A DNA stretch of 64,000 nucleotides, taken from contig NC_058368.1 in the NCBI RefSeq assembly GCF_018350175.1, forward strand, positions 177,508,001-177,572,000. The letters are read 5' to 3'. A program made the position numbers and the translations under genes. The stretch comes from Felis catus (Eukaryota). Numbering within the stretch: position 1 is the first letter of the stretch; every line of letters begins with the position of its first letter. Under the pieces are notes generated by a model that had not been told where the DNA came from, ran no database searches, and saw only the letters and a list, made by a program, of their open reading frames with translations. This document shows positions 24,722-36,639 of the stretch, in pieces.

Positions 24722-25220
24722 TGTAACGAATAGAAGCAACATAGGGATACCCAACATCTATTTATCCTCCTTAATAACATAAGTTTTCTAAGAAAACAAC
24801 AATGCCTGCCCCCCCCCCCCCGCCCCTGCATGGAATCTGGGAGGAAAAGTAAATGCAGGAGCTGGCCTATCAGTAAGAAAGCCAAGGGGTTATATCTTTT
24901 TTTCTCAGAGACCTGGTATGGTTTGGGACAGGTTATGGCAGCTAGACCGAACTCCCTATTCGGGCTTTGGATCTTGATACTACAAGGAAAGAAAGATGGC
25001 TGGAAGACACTCACTATAGCTGTGGCTGAGTTTACAGCGCCTGCTGCAAGATTACCATGGCTCCCAGAGACGCCCAGAGATGCCAGACAACCTTTCTCTC
25101 TGAGCTGTTCCTCCCACATTCCAGCAATTTTATGATCCTTCAGCATACTTTCAATGGCTACCCAGCGAACGCTTGAGTAGCCTTGGCTTCTGTTGCTTGC
25201 AATCAGTGAACTCTGAAAGA
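24722..25220 (+). mobile_element. Old MaLR MLT1-type solo LTR
   Basis: Begins tgt..., ends ggcttctgttgcttgcaatcagtgaactctga, a typical MLT1 3' terminus. Confidence 0.5.
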
Positions 25221-25329
25221 AAGCAGAAGCAGAGTTAGGCATTCAGTAAATATTTATTGAATGCACGCATGAATGAACAGTGAGATGAATGCATGTACGA
25301 ATGAATGGAATCATGAATGAAGAATAATG

Positions 25330-25800
25330 GATGTCTCTCTCTGCACTTATCTCCACACTCTCCCCCACACTCTGGCAATAGCTACAAGGGACCTTCTTTC
25401 AGGGCCTTGATGGTCCAGGTTCCCTCTTTGTACAAGGCCTTGTCACAGGCTGTCCCCTCTACTTGAGATGATCCTTTCCTTGCCCCGGTAATTTTCAATC
25501 TTCAAATTCAGTCATTTACTTGGGAAAGTCCCTTGGCTCCACAAACCACCACCAGATTGGGCCTCCATATTGTCTCTCTCATAGATCACTATTGTTTTTC
25601 ATCAAAGCACCCATCACAGTAAACTAAGCACTTTTTTGTGTCATCATTTAATTAATGTCTGAATCTGTCTAGACTCTGATCTCCGTGAAGGTGGGACAAT
25701 GCCTGCTTTGCTCAACACTCTATCTCCACACCCAGCCCAGTACTCTGAAGGCAGCAAGTATTCAAATTCCCTTAAATATCTGTTGCATAAATAAATGAAG
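25330..25800 (+). mobile_element. L2 3' fragment
   Basis: ggccttgtcacaggctgtcccctctacttgagatg...ctagactctgatctccgtgaagg...taaatatctgttgcataaataaatgaa. Confidence 0.7.
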
Positions 25801-26744
25801 ATGTAGTCCCCTCAGCAGGAAGGAACAGGGGATCCTGACCCCAATAAGCACTTAATAAATGCCTGTTGTCAAACTTGAACTTGACAGCTCAATCCCATGG
25901 ATAGGGTCAGTTCCTGGAGATTAGCTGAGCACTAAGAAAGCCTGAGGTGAAGGTGAGGGAGGGAAGTGGTTATAAAAACCTGGAAAGAGAGGGGCCCAGT
26001 AGGGAGGCAGCAGGTGGCCAAAAGCCAACTTCTTCCTCTGTTCTTGGCTGTGGGCCGGCCAAGAACCCAGGTGTCCTGGCACCCAGCATGCTGCTTGTTC
26101 TATTAAGCATTAGGAAATCTGCTTTGAATATTAAACAGCCTATGTCTCCACTCCAGAAAGACAGGAGAGCCCGCAGGAAAACAGATCTTTAGCCCCCTTT
26201 GTTTGGAGCCCCTCCTTCCAGAACCATCATGTCTACAAGGGGCCCCCCAGTGGGAAACAGCTCCACAGGCAGGACTAGTGGCTCACTCTTGGGGTCGCAA
26301 GCCCCTGTCTGGGAACATGCCTGGCTCTCCACAAGCCTCCTTGCAAGGAGGGTGACTCATCTCTTCATGGACCTTGACAACTCTGGTTGGCATCCGGAGC
26401 AGCTGATGAAGTCACATGCTCTTGAAAACCAATTCTCCTGCCGAAAGAAGGAGGAGGCAGGCCCAGGGAGTGGGAGTGGGAGCAAGAAGGCAAACCGTGG
26501 TTCTGAATTTTAACAGTTTTTGAAAGAAAATTAGTAAACTCGAGTTAGCTGCTAGTAATTTGGAACGATGAGGCTGTTTTCACGCTGGTACCTCATAAAT
26601 AACTTTTGATTTAAAGTTTCCAAGGATTGACTGGGCACTTCAAAGGACCTCCGCAGGGAGGAAATGAGCTTCTCCCTCCATTCCCTCCCCACTCAGGTGA
26701 GGACTGAGATCACCAGCTGGAGGCGCACATCAGGGGTGTGGCCC

Positions 26745-27155
26745 AACCAACTCACTGACAACTGACAGACTTACTGACTTACTGACTGACTGAAGAGCTA
26801 ACTGGCCAACAAGCTAATGGAGAGACTGACCAACTGGCTGACAGACTGGTGGAATTATTAAGTAACGATTGAGCCAGTGGAGTGGTTGATACACCAGTGA
26901 ATGGACGAACTGCCCACTTGATAGACAGATGGACCGATGGTGGGCCAACCGACCAACTAACTGGCTGATGGGTCATTTTGTCAGTGAGTCAATGGGTTAT
27001 AATTTAACCTGCCTGCCTCCTCCAAAGCCTGGTTAACCAGCTGACCGAATGACCAAGTGGCTATGAACCAACCTACTCAAATACTGACAGAAGAATTGCT
27101 AGAAGGGCAAGGGCATCTGGTGGGCAAGTCAGCCAAGCAACCACTGACCGACACA
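26745..27155 (+). repeat. Highly degenerate period-4 repeat (ACTG/ACCA/ACAG/ATGG units)
   Basis: actgacttactgactgactga, actgaccaactggctgacagactgg, accgaccaactaactggctgatgg. Confidence 0.6.
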
Positions 27156-28399
27156 ACTCTCAGAGAGAACTCAGATCTGCCGAGTTGCAGAGAACTCCAC
27201 ATAATGAAGAATGTTTCCAAAAGATACAATGAGGAAGTAGCAGGTGCAAAAAAAGGCAAAAAGTTGAAATGTCTACTAAACAGTGAGAAAGGAAAAGGAT
27301 TCTGGTGACCAGGTTGGAGGTAACCTGGCACTGTTAATGTCCGGAGTTGCATGAAGAAACTGGGAGATTCCAACCCAGAGTCAAGATGTGGTTTTGCTAT
27401 TCAGGTCTCTCTTGTGGTGACTGAATCAAATTAGCAAATGAAAGAATTCAACCATGGCCTCTCTTAACCAGCCTTCTGACCCTCCTCTTGTATCCCCATC
27501 ATGAACACAGCAGACTCATTCATTCTGCTAAAGTCGTAGATGTGGGATCATAAAATGCAGTCATGATGCTGTTCTGCTTTGGGGATTAGGAATGATTATT
27601 TTTCCTTTCATTTTCTAATTATAGCCTTTCATAGGGATGTATTATTTTGCAATGGAAAATCACATTTATAATTTTAGAAGGAAAAATAAAAACAAATTTG
27701 GTCCCTTCCTCTCTTTTGCTCCATACCCAATAAATATGTCTTGATTTATGGATCCAAGGAGACTTCAAGACTTGCCTCTCCTTACTTTTTGATGTCAACG
27801 TGGTTTATTGAATGCCTACTAGTAAGCCCTCCCTTTTCCTAGATTACTAGCACAGCCTTCACAGCCTCTCCCTGTTCAAGTCTGCCCTTCATACAGATAC
27901 TAAGAGAATTTCCATCACATTTCTCCTTTTCAAGAACTTCCATGGACTTCTCGGTGTCTGTTTGATTATACACTTAAACATTTAAACATAGAATCAATGG
28001 ACTCTGAATAACTATTGTCCTCTCCTTGTGCAAATCTACCCCTATCCAAGCAAACACAAAAAACACACACGTGTGTGCACACACATGCACACGCACGCGA
28101 ACACTGCCACCCTCCCTATTCTAGCTTCTCATCACTCCCCGGGGTCCCTGGGAATTTCTGACTCAGTTGCAGATCTCACAGTTTTCTCTCAACCAGGAAA
28201 GGAAATCCCACACCCAAGTTGTGCCCGTCACTCTGATAAATGTATCCACCTATCAATTAATGGCGTTTACTGAATTTTCAGTATTTGCCCACTATCGTAG
28301 GTATTGTGGAATCTCTAAAGAGGGAAGGGAGAAGGGGCCTGACACGTATTGAGTGATTACCATTGCAAAACATTGAATCCGCACAGGTGATCTTGTAGC

Positions 28400-28550
28400 T
28401 TCCGAAGTAAAACGGCATCCCATTTTATGGATGAGGAAATGGATGAGTAACATCAGGAAACGTCGTTCCGCCAAGGTCACATCGCGAGGAAGCAACAGAA
28501 CAGCGACTGGACACCGGATCTGCCGAGTTGCAGTGCCTTGGCTTTACTGC
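28400..28550 (-). mobile_element. MIR
   Basis: catcccattttatggatgaggaaatgga...gccaaggtcacatcgc. Confidence 0.7.
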
Positions 28551-28584
28551 CTGGTTGGGAAAGCCAGACTATGTTTTTCACCCG

Positions 28585-28740
28585 CTCACTTACTCACTCA
28601 TCCACTGATGCATTCATCCATTTAGCAAATGTTTACTGAGTATCTAACACCGTGCCAGAACAATGCTGTAGGCTGGGATACAATGGTGAGCGACCTAGTC
28701 ACGACGCATACCTTCTAGGAACTTACTGTTTGAGGAGGGT
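28585..28740 (-). mobile_element. L2 3' end
   Basis: cattcatccatttagcaaatgtttactgagtatctaacaccgtgccagaacaatgctgtaggctgggatacaatggtgag. Confidence 0.75.
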
Positions 28741-28756
28741 GACAGACCCGCCAAAC

Positions 28757-28778
28757 GTGTGTGTGTGTGTGTGTGTGT
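28757..28778 (+). repeat. (GT)11 microsatellite
   Basis: Perfect run. Confidence 0.95.
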
Positions 28779-29649
28779 AACTGGTATACATATAAAAGAT
28801 TATATATGCCAATTTTCAATAACCTGGCGAGGGTGAGATGGACGATAACATGAGAAACGATCTTCGATTTTATAACGTCTATCACATACCTTGCTTTGCA
28901 GTTTGCAAAGCCCTTTACAAACTTCATTTTGAACTGATTCTTGAAGGACGAGATTCTACAGATGAACGCAAGGGCAGGCTAAATTATGACTACAGCCAAC
29001 TGGGACCTCGCCCAGAGTGGCTAAGCATTCCTTTGTGCAGCACAGATAAGCGGGGCCACGGTTGGACAGAGAGACAACCCTGGTGTGAAGCTATCAGGGC
29101 AGCCTTCAGAGGGGTGATGACCTGGGACTGAATGGGGGCTGAAGAGAGGCCGGGCTGGGGAACAACAACAACACCAGTAGGCCTTTAGGACTCGCTTGAG
29201 GGGCACCCATCCGAAACCTTCTTGGAAGGTGCCAGCTCTGTCGAGCTATGATACCTAAGATGTAGGGACTTTCTCCTAAAGAGAGCCACCAAGGATCCCA
29301 TAAAAGAAGGTGCTTACAAATAGGGCACTCAATAATGCCAAAGTCAAATTATTTCTGACCTGAGATAACCAAAATAAAGTAATAAATTGCTGGCAAGGGT
29401 CTCAAACACGAAACACAACACACTTTGGGATTCGGGAAAGAGGAAGGACGACAGGCACCTGCTTGTTTCACGACTCGTGCTACTTGGCACAAACGAGAAT
29501 GAGAACCACAGGCAGCCCTGCGTGGGCCGGAAGCTTCTCCTGGCTGCAGCTGGGATTCTGGGGCTGTCTGTGTCTCCCACCCATCCTCCACGTGCTGCTT
29601 CCAGACCTGCTGCAAGGCTCACTTCCTCCCATAAAGTCCCAGCAAGAAC

Positions 29650-29795
29650 ACAGGTTTGGGGCTTTCCCACCCTGAATCTACCACTGACACACTGCGTGGC
29701 CTCAGGCAAGGTCCCACGCTCTCTGGGCTTACATTTTCTGTAAAATGAGACAAATCAGAAGTACCTTTCAGGATTGCCATGAGGATAAAGGTTAG
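29650..29795 (+). mobile_element. MIR
   Basis: ctgcgtggcctcaggcaag...ctctgggcttacattttctgtaaaatgag...gtacctttcaggattgccatgaggataaa. Confidence 0.7.
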
Positions 29796-29824
29796 GATAA
29801 TGTTAGGTTGTCTCCCCCTCCGTG

Positions 29825-30297
29825 GCAGATACTGGCTGAGTTTGCGTGCTCAGCACCCCTCTTCTCTTCTTCCGGCAAACGCATCCGTTTTACTCTTGGA
29901 CTACTGTTCTTCTCTACCCTCAGGCCATGTTGACTTAGGCAGGGCTGACTCTACTTCCAGGCTTCTGGAATGGATATCCAATCAGGCTTCACACGTGACC
30001 CAATCGCACCCAGTGGAATTCAGCCCTAGAACTTGTATTTGAACCTTAAGGAGGAGGTGCTGCGCTGGTGAGAAGTAGTCCTGAAGCTGGGCAGTCATCC
30101 TACCATCACAAGGGCAGAGGCTACTTGAAGGTAAAGCCAAGCTGGAAAAGAGTGAATTCAAGAAATGGATGGAGACTGACTGGACATCTGGATCCATCCA
30201 TACCTGAAGTAAAGTTTTTTTCCTGTGAGTTAGCTCCTTTATTAGCTTAAGACAGTGTGAGTTAGGTTTCTGTTCTTGCAATCTAAAGAATCCTGAC
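29825..30297 (+). mobile_element. MaLR MLT1 (J/K-like) solo LTR
   Basis: ctggatccatccatacctgaagt...gcttaagacagtgtgagttaggtttctgttcttgcaatctaaagaatcctgac. Confidence 0.75.
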
Positions 30298-30654
30298 CTG
30301 TGTCCTCTCATAGGAAGAGATCTCCGTGGACTGAGATAGTAACGTGTTGGGTTGTTTGTATTCTCTGAGAATTCTGTCCATTACTGGTTGGAAGAGTTTG
30401 GGACAGAGGTTTAGGGACTTAGGATCCTCCTTGACTCTGCCTACAGAAGGAAGTTAAGAATACGAATGAAGAAAAGGCCCCCAAAAGTCTAAGGAATGGT
30501 AGATTAAAATCGTTTTACCACTTACTGAGTACCTATTACATGCCAGACATATTTAAAATGTATCTATTTATTCATTATATATTAAGTGGCATCTACTATG
30601 TGCCAACATGTCGTAGGGAGCTTCCATTCTAGTGGGAGAACTGAGTCTAACCTT

Positions 30655-30795
30655 GCCAAGTAGGTACTATAAGTCCCATTTTACAGATAAGGAAATTCAG
30701 AGCTCAGAGAGGAGGAGTGAGTGGCCTAAAGTCCCACCTCTGGACAAGAGTGGAGTCAAGACTCTAATGTGGTTCTGTCGGACTTCAAAGTCCAT
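30655..30795 (-). mobile_element. MIR
   Basis: gtaggtactataagtcccattttacagataaggaaattcagagctcagagagg. Confidence 0.75.
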
Positions 30796-31194
30796 GCCCT
30801 TGTCATCACTCCAAGCCACCCTCTTTGTAAACCCTGCTCTTAGGAAACATCACTCGGCTCCTATCTTTGCCTGGGAAGGGAAAGGGGGAGGCAGGCGCTC
30901 CTATACATAGCCCCTGGCTCAAGAGTTGGGACCCACAGCGTCTCAGTGCTTGGCCATGTTTATGTTGTTGGTCAGACAAGCCTGAGTGTGTCTGCCCAAA
31001 TGGACTGTGAGTTGCGTGATGGAGGCTGGGGATTTTGTCTGAGGATGCTCCAACAGCCAGACAAACTGGCACAGGGCTGCATTTGGCCACCCTGCCCAGC
31101 CTGTGGCTTTTTAGTTCACCCAGGATCCTAAGTTCCCAATGCACCCCATCTATCCCAGCCCACCCCCATTTGGGAAATACACTAATGGTAGGAT

Positions 31195-31385
31195 GATGGA
31201 GTTAGAGAGACCTGGCTTTGAATGCTACAGTAGTAACTCGAGCAAATCACTTAACTCTTCTGTGCCTCATGTACCCCACCTGAAAAATGGCATTACAGGA
31301 CCCACCTTACAGGGTCGCTACCGGAACTTGACAAGGTACAAGCTGGATGTGTTCCCAGAACTACATGTAGCACACAGGAGGTCCC
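31195..31385 (+). mobile_element. MIR
   Basis: ggagttagagagacctggctttgaat...gcaaatcacttaactcttctgtgcctca...ctgaaaaatgg. Confidence 0.7.
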
Positions 31386-31673
31386 ACATGAGCCCCAGTT
31401 ATTTTCCTCCCCTACACGAGCCCTCTCCCTTGAATCTGGCTGGCTCACCTGGGCATCTTCCTACAGCCCAGCCCCACCCCCCATCCAGTCCTAACGACTT
31501 TTGCAGCCCATCCCTGGTGGCAGTAGCTGAGAGACCCGAGACTCCCAGGGCCCCCGGGCTCTTTAATCAGCCTCTGTGAGGGCTGCAAGTGATTCAGCCT
31601 GCAAGTGATTCGGCACCGGGCACAACAACAAACAGGCCTGCAGGGAATGGCTTCAGCAGAAAGATGTTGGCAT

Positions 31674-31687
31674 GTCTCTATAGCAAC
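31674..31687. promoter_or_regulatory. Candidate RFX X-box in non-repeat, enhancer-like sequence
   Basis: gtctctatagcaac resembles the RFX motif GTTNCCATRGCAAC; motif match only. Confidence 0.3.
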
Positions 31688-32924
31688 TTGGGGAAAATAT
31701 TTCACGTAAAAGTCCATCTGCTGTAACATAAAGGGAGTCCCAGCCAATAATCGAGTTGTAACTAGTTATAAATTATTCCTAATTTGCAAGCTTTACTTTA
31801 CCAAATCACAAAATACACACACACATACACACACACATACATTTACAGAGAGACATGCGCTATATACATGCTTATACACATGTGCACATACATGGACAGT
31901 CATGAGACAATAGCAGTGCAGTTGTGGCTGGATTGTCTCATCTTACAGTGTTGATTAGTCAGCAGGCAGACGTTGACGTGGGGGCTTGATGATGTGACCC
32001 GAGCAAGCAGACATCAGTGACCTCCAAGGCCACAGTTAAAAGGAGAGACCAAACTCGCTATGTTACCTAAGTTATTGTGCAGTCTAGAGCTCAAATCTTT
32101 TTGTTAGTTTTGTTGGTTTCTTTCAAGGGAAAAAAAAATTTTTTTTTTTTTGCTTCTGATGTCCGTGTAAAGAAAGATTTATATTGATTCATCGGTATAA
32201 AATGCTTTGTGGAGGCTATCAAAGCGGGAAAAAACAATGTGATAATTCTCATTGCGATGTTTTATGCGTTGTCAGCACTTCAAAGTAGGGGGGAAGGGGG
32301 CCCAGGGGGTCTGGGCGTTTCTCATTGTGCATAGTATCTAGGCTGTAAATGTCCTGCAAGTCTGGAGCCTCTTGCAAGATGCCCACTCTGGCGTCAGATC
32401 TTTCTTCTTTTTTGGTCATTCCCCACTTTCTGTCTGTCTGCAAAACTCATGTGGCCGGAGGAAGGAAAAAGGTGGTGGTGAGTGGGAGGGAATGGAGGTA
32501 AGCAAGCAGAAGGTGTACATCACCTTCTTCCTTTTAGAAAAACCAGTGGCTTCCCAGCCAAGAATGTCCCAGGCCGCCTCAGGGATGGGGGATGGAGACG
32601 ATGTCACCAGACTGATCCCAAAGAAGAATCACCATGATTGCCGTCGTCCTTCGAGCCACGTGCTGTACCACAGGCTTGCACCTCAACTCCTTGAGAAACG
32701 TGGCATTTTTATCTGCATTTTATGTTATATCTCACTTATAATGAGACCCGGAGAGGTGGAGTGAGTTGCGTCAGAATTCAAACCCAGTTTTGTCTGATTC
32801 TAGTGCCTCGGCTTCTTCCTGCGTGTCTAGAAAGACACAGAAGAGGTCGTTCCCCAAAAGAGAAATTTCTAGCAGGAGACGTCTACTACCTCAGAAAGTC
32901 AAAGGAGCATCAAAAACCATTTAT

Positions 32925-33130
32925 GGGGCACCCAGGTGCCCCAGTCGGTTAAGCATCTGATTTTGGCCCAAGTCATGATCTTACGGTTTGTGAGTTCAAG
33001 TCCCACATTGGGTAAGCATGAGCCCTGCTTTGGGTGAGCCTGGCTTCTGTCTCTCTCTCTCTCTCTCTGCCCCTCACTCACTTGTGCCCTCTCCCTCTGT
33101 CTCAAATAAATAAATAAATAAATAAATAAA
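32925..33130 (+). mobile_element. CAN-SINE, divergent variant
   Basis: ggggcacccaggtgccccagtcggttaagc head, CT tract, (AAAT)n tail; TSD aaa(a/g)ccatttat. Confidence 0.93.
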
Positions 33131-33204
33131 AGCCATTTATTAACCCAGACCCACACCTGCACTTCACACACGTCCGTTGTCTTGTTTTGTTTCAACCTCG
33201 TGAC

Positions 33205-33330
33205 ATTCCACAGATGAGTCCACTGAGACTCAGAGACCTCAAGACACTTGCCCAGGGTAACACAGGTGGTCAGAGTGTTGGGGAGCTGGCCTCGGCAGTC
33301 AGGATGCCAGGCCTCAACGCCTGTGAACCC
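33205..33330 (-). mobile_element. MIR
   Basis: acagatgagtccactgagactcagag...acttgcccagggtaacacag. Confidence 0.65.
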
Positions 33331-34729
33331 CTTCACGACTGTGTGCCTCTGCCGGGCTGTCCCTGAGGCTTCATGGTAAACTCCCGCAGGGCAAGCAGGG
33401 CCCGTCGCCCACGCCCCTGCCTGCTGTGGGGCTGAGCACCGATCCGGCCTGGACCCCGAGAGCGTGTGGCCTTGATGAAACGCAGCAGGGGCAGGGGCAG
33501 GGCCCCCGGCAGAAAGGTCAGCAAGGGGAAGAGGGCAGGAACACCCTGTTACCAGATCTGGAAAAGAAATGGAAAGTGAAATACTTGGAAAGTAACCTCG
33601 GCCGGCCTGGAGGAAAGCGTGTCAGGATGTTTCCGAAGGCCTGGATGAGCAAGCCTTTCCCCCCCACCCACCCCAGCGACACCTCGCTGGAGGCTCAAGG
33701 GCGTGTGCAGAAATCATGGCGGAGGCTGCTCCTGGCCCGGGTCCCTGGGGTTCAGGTCACTTCCAGGGACAGGCTCTGAGGAGCCAGGCGATGCCTCCAC
33801 AAGGCCCCGGGGGCTGTGAAGACGGCCGCCGCCCCTCCTGACTTTCCCCTGCTCTCCTGGGAGGACAGGGGCTTCGGCTGCAGGATCTTAAGTCCCCACC
33901 ATCCAAACCTTCTCTCAGGGGCCCAGAAAGGCCCTCCCCGCCAGGGTGACTCGATTTGCAATCAGCATCCAAGACCTTCCATCAGACCTGTTGAGTCGGG
34001 GCCTTGGAACGGGGAGTTTGCAGCTGCAGGGGAGGCCGCGATCTGTCTGTCCGCTGAGTACGTTTGCGAGGCAGCCTGGCTTCAGGCATAATCAGGATGA
34101 GCGGGTCAACAGACCCAGCCCCTAGTCTGGCCCATTTTTCTGTTCTTTCTTTCCCTCTCTTTTTCTCCCCTGTGCATTACAAGAAAGAGAACACCTTTCA
34201 AAGGTCAACTTGCAGCCGCCTTTTGTGTGGTTGGATTGCCAGCGCTGAGCTGGTGTCTAAGCTGCTCTGTGGCACTCGAAAGGTTGGAGCGGGCCCGGGG
34301 GGGGGGGGGGGGGCGGGGGGCGCAATATCCCAGTACTCCCTCCTGAGCGCAAGAGGCCATTTCAGGATCTCTCCGACCCGCTGGGAATCCACCGCCCTGA
34401 CGGCGAGCCAAAGGCAGGGCCTCCACTGACCTCTGCCCTCCCTTAGCCCAGCCAAAAAAAAAAACAAAAAACAAACAAAAAAAACAGTCCAGAGGACTGC
34501 AGGAAGGCTTTCAGTTAAGCAAGGCAAAACCTCCAAAAACTCCCATGGAAGCCCTAGAAAGCTCTCAGGCCAGATCTTTTGCATGGGAGATCCAGCTTGG
34601 AGAGGCAGTGAGGCTCACCTGCCCTGTCCCCCCACCCCCCTCGCTCCTCTTCCCACCCGACCTCCACCCCCCAGCCCAACCTTGGCCTCCACCATCCCTG
34701 AAATCTCAGCCAGGATCCATCATCAAAAG

Positions 34730-34743
34730 CTGCCCTCCAGTGG
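34730..34743 (-). promoter_or_regulatory. Candidate CTCF site
   Basis: Minus strand reads CCACTGGAGGGCAG, one tolerated deviation from CCASYAGRKGGCRS; motif match only. Confidence 0.3.
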
Positions 34744-34789
34744 CAGGAAGACGTGCTCCCGTGAGCCAGAGGACAGGCCCCTTGTGGGA

Positions 34790-35075
34790 GGCTGTGGCGG
34801 GCATAGAGAGACTAAGAATGTGGAGTTAGACAGACCTGCTTGCTATCCCATATCGACCACTACAAGCTGTGGGGCCATCTATTCCACCTCGGGAGACTCA
34901 GTCTCCTTATCTGTAAAATGGGAACAATGACCTCATCCATCTTACCCATCTCATGTGGTTTGTGAAAGGGTAAAATGAGATGGTATGCATGAAGCACTCA
35001 GAACTTTGCCCTCTGTGCCCAGCAAAGAGAAAGTGCTCCCAGAATGACAGTGACCATGTGTGGCTATTATTGTTA
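34790..35075 (+). mobile_element. MIR, near full length
   Basis: tggagttagacagacctg...accacttacaagctgtg...ctcagtctccttatctgtaaaatgggaacaat...aaatgagatggtatgcatgaagcactcag. Confidence 0.85.
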
Positions 35076-36224
35076 CCATTTCCAACGCGGACTCGGGGGT
35101 GCCCTGCACTTGTGTGTATTTGCGTACGCGCAAGGGCACGTGTGCACGTGCACGCACGCCCAGACAAGCCAGTCAGTCGAGGAGCACCCTGTGGTCACTG
35201 CCTACGTCTCTGTATCATCACAGGGTTGAGAGTCGGGTAGGATCTTGGGAAAATATCTGAGGCCAGAAAGGGGACGTGTCCTGGGGGATAGTCACTAGCC
35301 GTCACGTAGCAGAGTGGGACTGAAATCTTGTTCTTATTTCTTTAGATTCCCTCTCCTCATGCATCACATACTCAACAAATACTTCTGTTGACCAGCACCT
35401 CGGCGTCAGCTCCTGGCTGGGCCTGGGCTCCCAGGGTGAATGAGATGGTTTCTGTGCTCACAGAGCCTGAAGCACAGGCCTCCGGCCCCTCACACGTCTA
35501 TGTGGCTCCCTGCACTCCCATCCTGTGCACAGTTAACATCCTGAAGGAACCAGACATTCTGGCTGCTTCATCTCAGTTTTGGGGTCTAAGCCTCATTTCC
35601 CTCCATGGTTGGTGGGCTCCTCCAGGGCAGGCCCCCTACTCCACCTGTTCTGGGTAGAGGATATGCGTGTCACAGCTCAGACCACACTGCGCCTTGCTTG
35701 TCCTCAGATGGATCAGTCTCTCCCCTCAGACTCCATAGGCAGACATCTCCTCTGAGCCGTGTCAGTGCCTGGCACAGAGTGGAACCCAGTACGTGGTGGG
35801 CAAATGGTGAGTGAATGACCGCACAGGGGAAATAAGGTCAGTAATTCGTTGATTCCTTTACTCATTCACCATACCTTTATCCCAAATCTACCCTGTGATG
35901 GGCTCTTGGATATAGATATGAACGGGACACAGTCCCTGAGCTCAAAGAGGCCCACTGAACAGACATGAGCAATGGTAGATGTGTGTGCAGGGGCCAATGC
36001 GGCCCAGAAGAGAATGAGTTCAAGTCAACTGGGAGGTGGGAGATGAGCAGGAAAGGCGTCAGACTGAGTGACACCCAGACAAGGTCTGGACAGGCAAGTT
36101 TACCAGGTGGACATGGAAAGGGCAAGCTTTCTGGGCAGAGGCACCCACGGGGTGAAAGGCTCTGAGGTGCAAAACACTCTCGGAAATATTAGCTTTACCA
36201 CCTGGCTGCTTTCAAAACAAGAAT

Positions 36225-36420
36225 AACAATAGTAATAGCAGATATTTATGGGGTGCAGCGTGCCCAAACACTGTTCTAAAGCCTTATGTGTATTAATTCA
36301 GTTAATCTTCTCCAATAACCCTGTGACTCGGTCTGTTATTAGACCCATTCTTCAGAAGAAAAAACCGGGCACAGGGAGGTGAAGCGATTTGTCTCCAAGA
36401 ACTCATAGCTACTTAGTAGC
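36225..36420 (-). mobile_element. MIR
   Basis: ataacaatagtaatagcagatatttatgg...actgttctaaagcc...tgtattaattcagttaatcttc...cccattcttcagaagaa. Confidence 0.75.
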
Positions 36421-36639
36421 CAAGCTTATTGGCAGAGAGGAGATAACTGACCAGGCCACAGAGGGTCTTAACTTATTAGATAAAGGCATTGAACTCTACA
36501 CTGAGGGCAGGGGAGAGTCACTGAAGGATCTGGGGCAAGGAGTGTCCTGATCTGTTTTTCATTTGACAGTTTCTTCTGGGACAGTGAAGAGAATGGACTC
36601 AAGCTTCCCAGTAGCTATGAGTTGAGAGAAGAGAAGTAA

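Noticed and set aside
24568..25242. Longest ORF in the track (224 aa, minus strand)
   Set aside because: Lies largely antisense over an MLT1-like LTR and a C homopolymer; no recognisable domain.
35111..35160. Tandem CACGTG E-boxes in an alternating purine-pyrimidine run
   Set aside because: Most simply a decayed CA/TG-type low-complexity tract; no supporting context.
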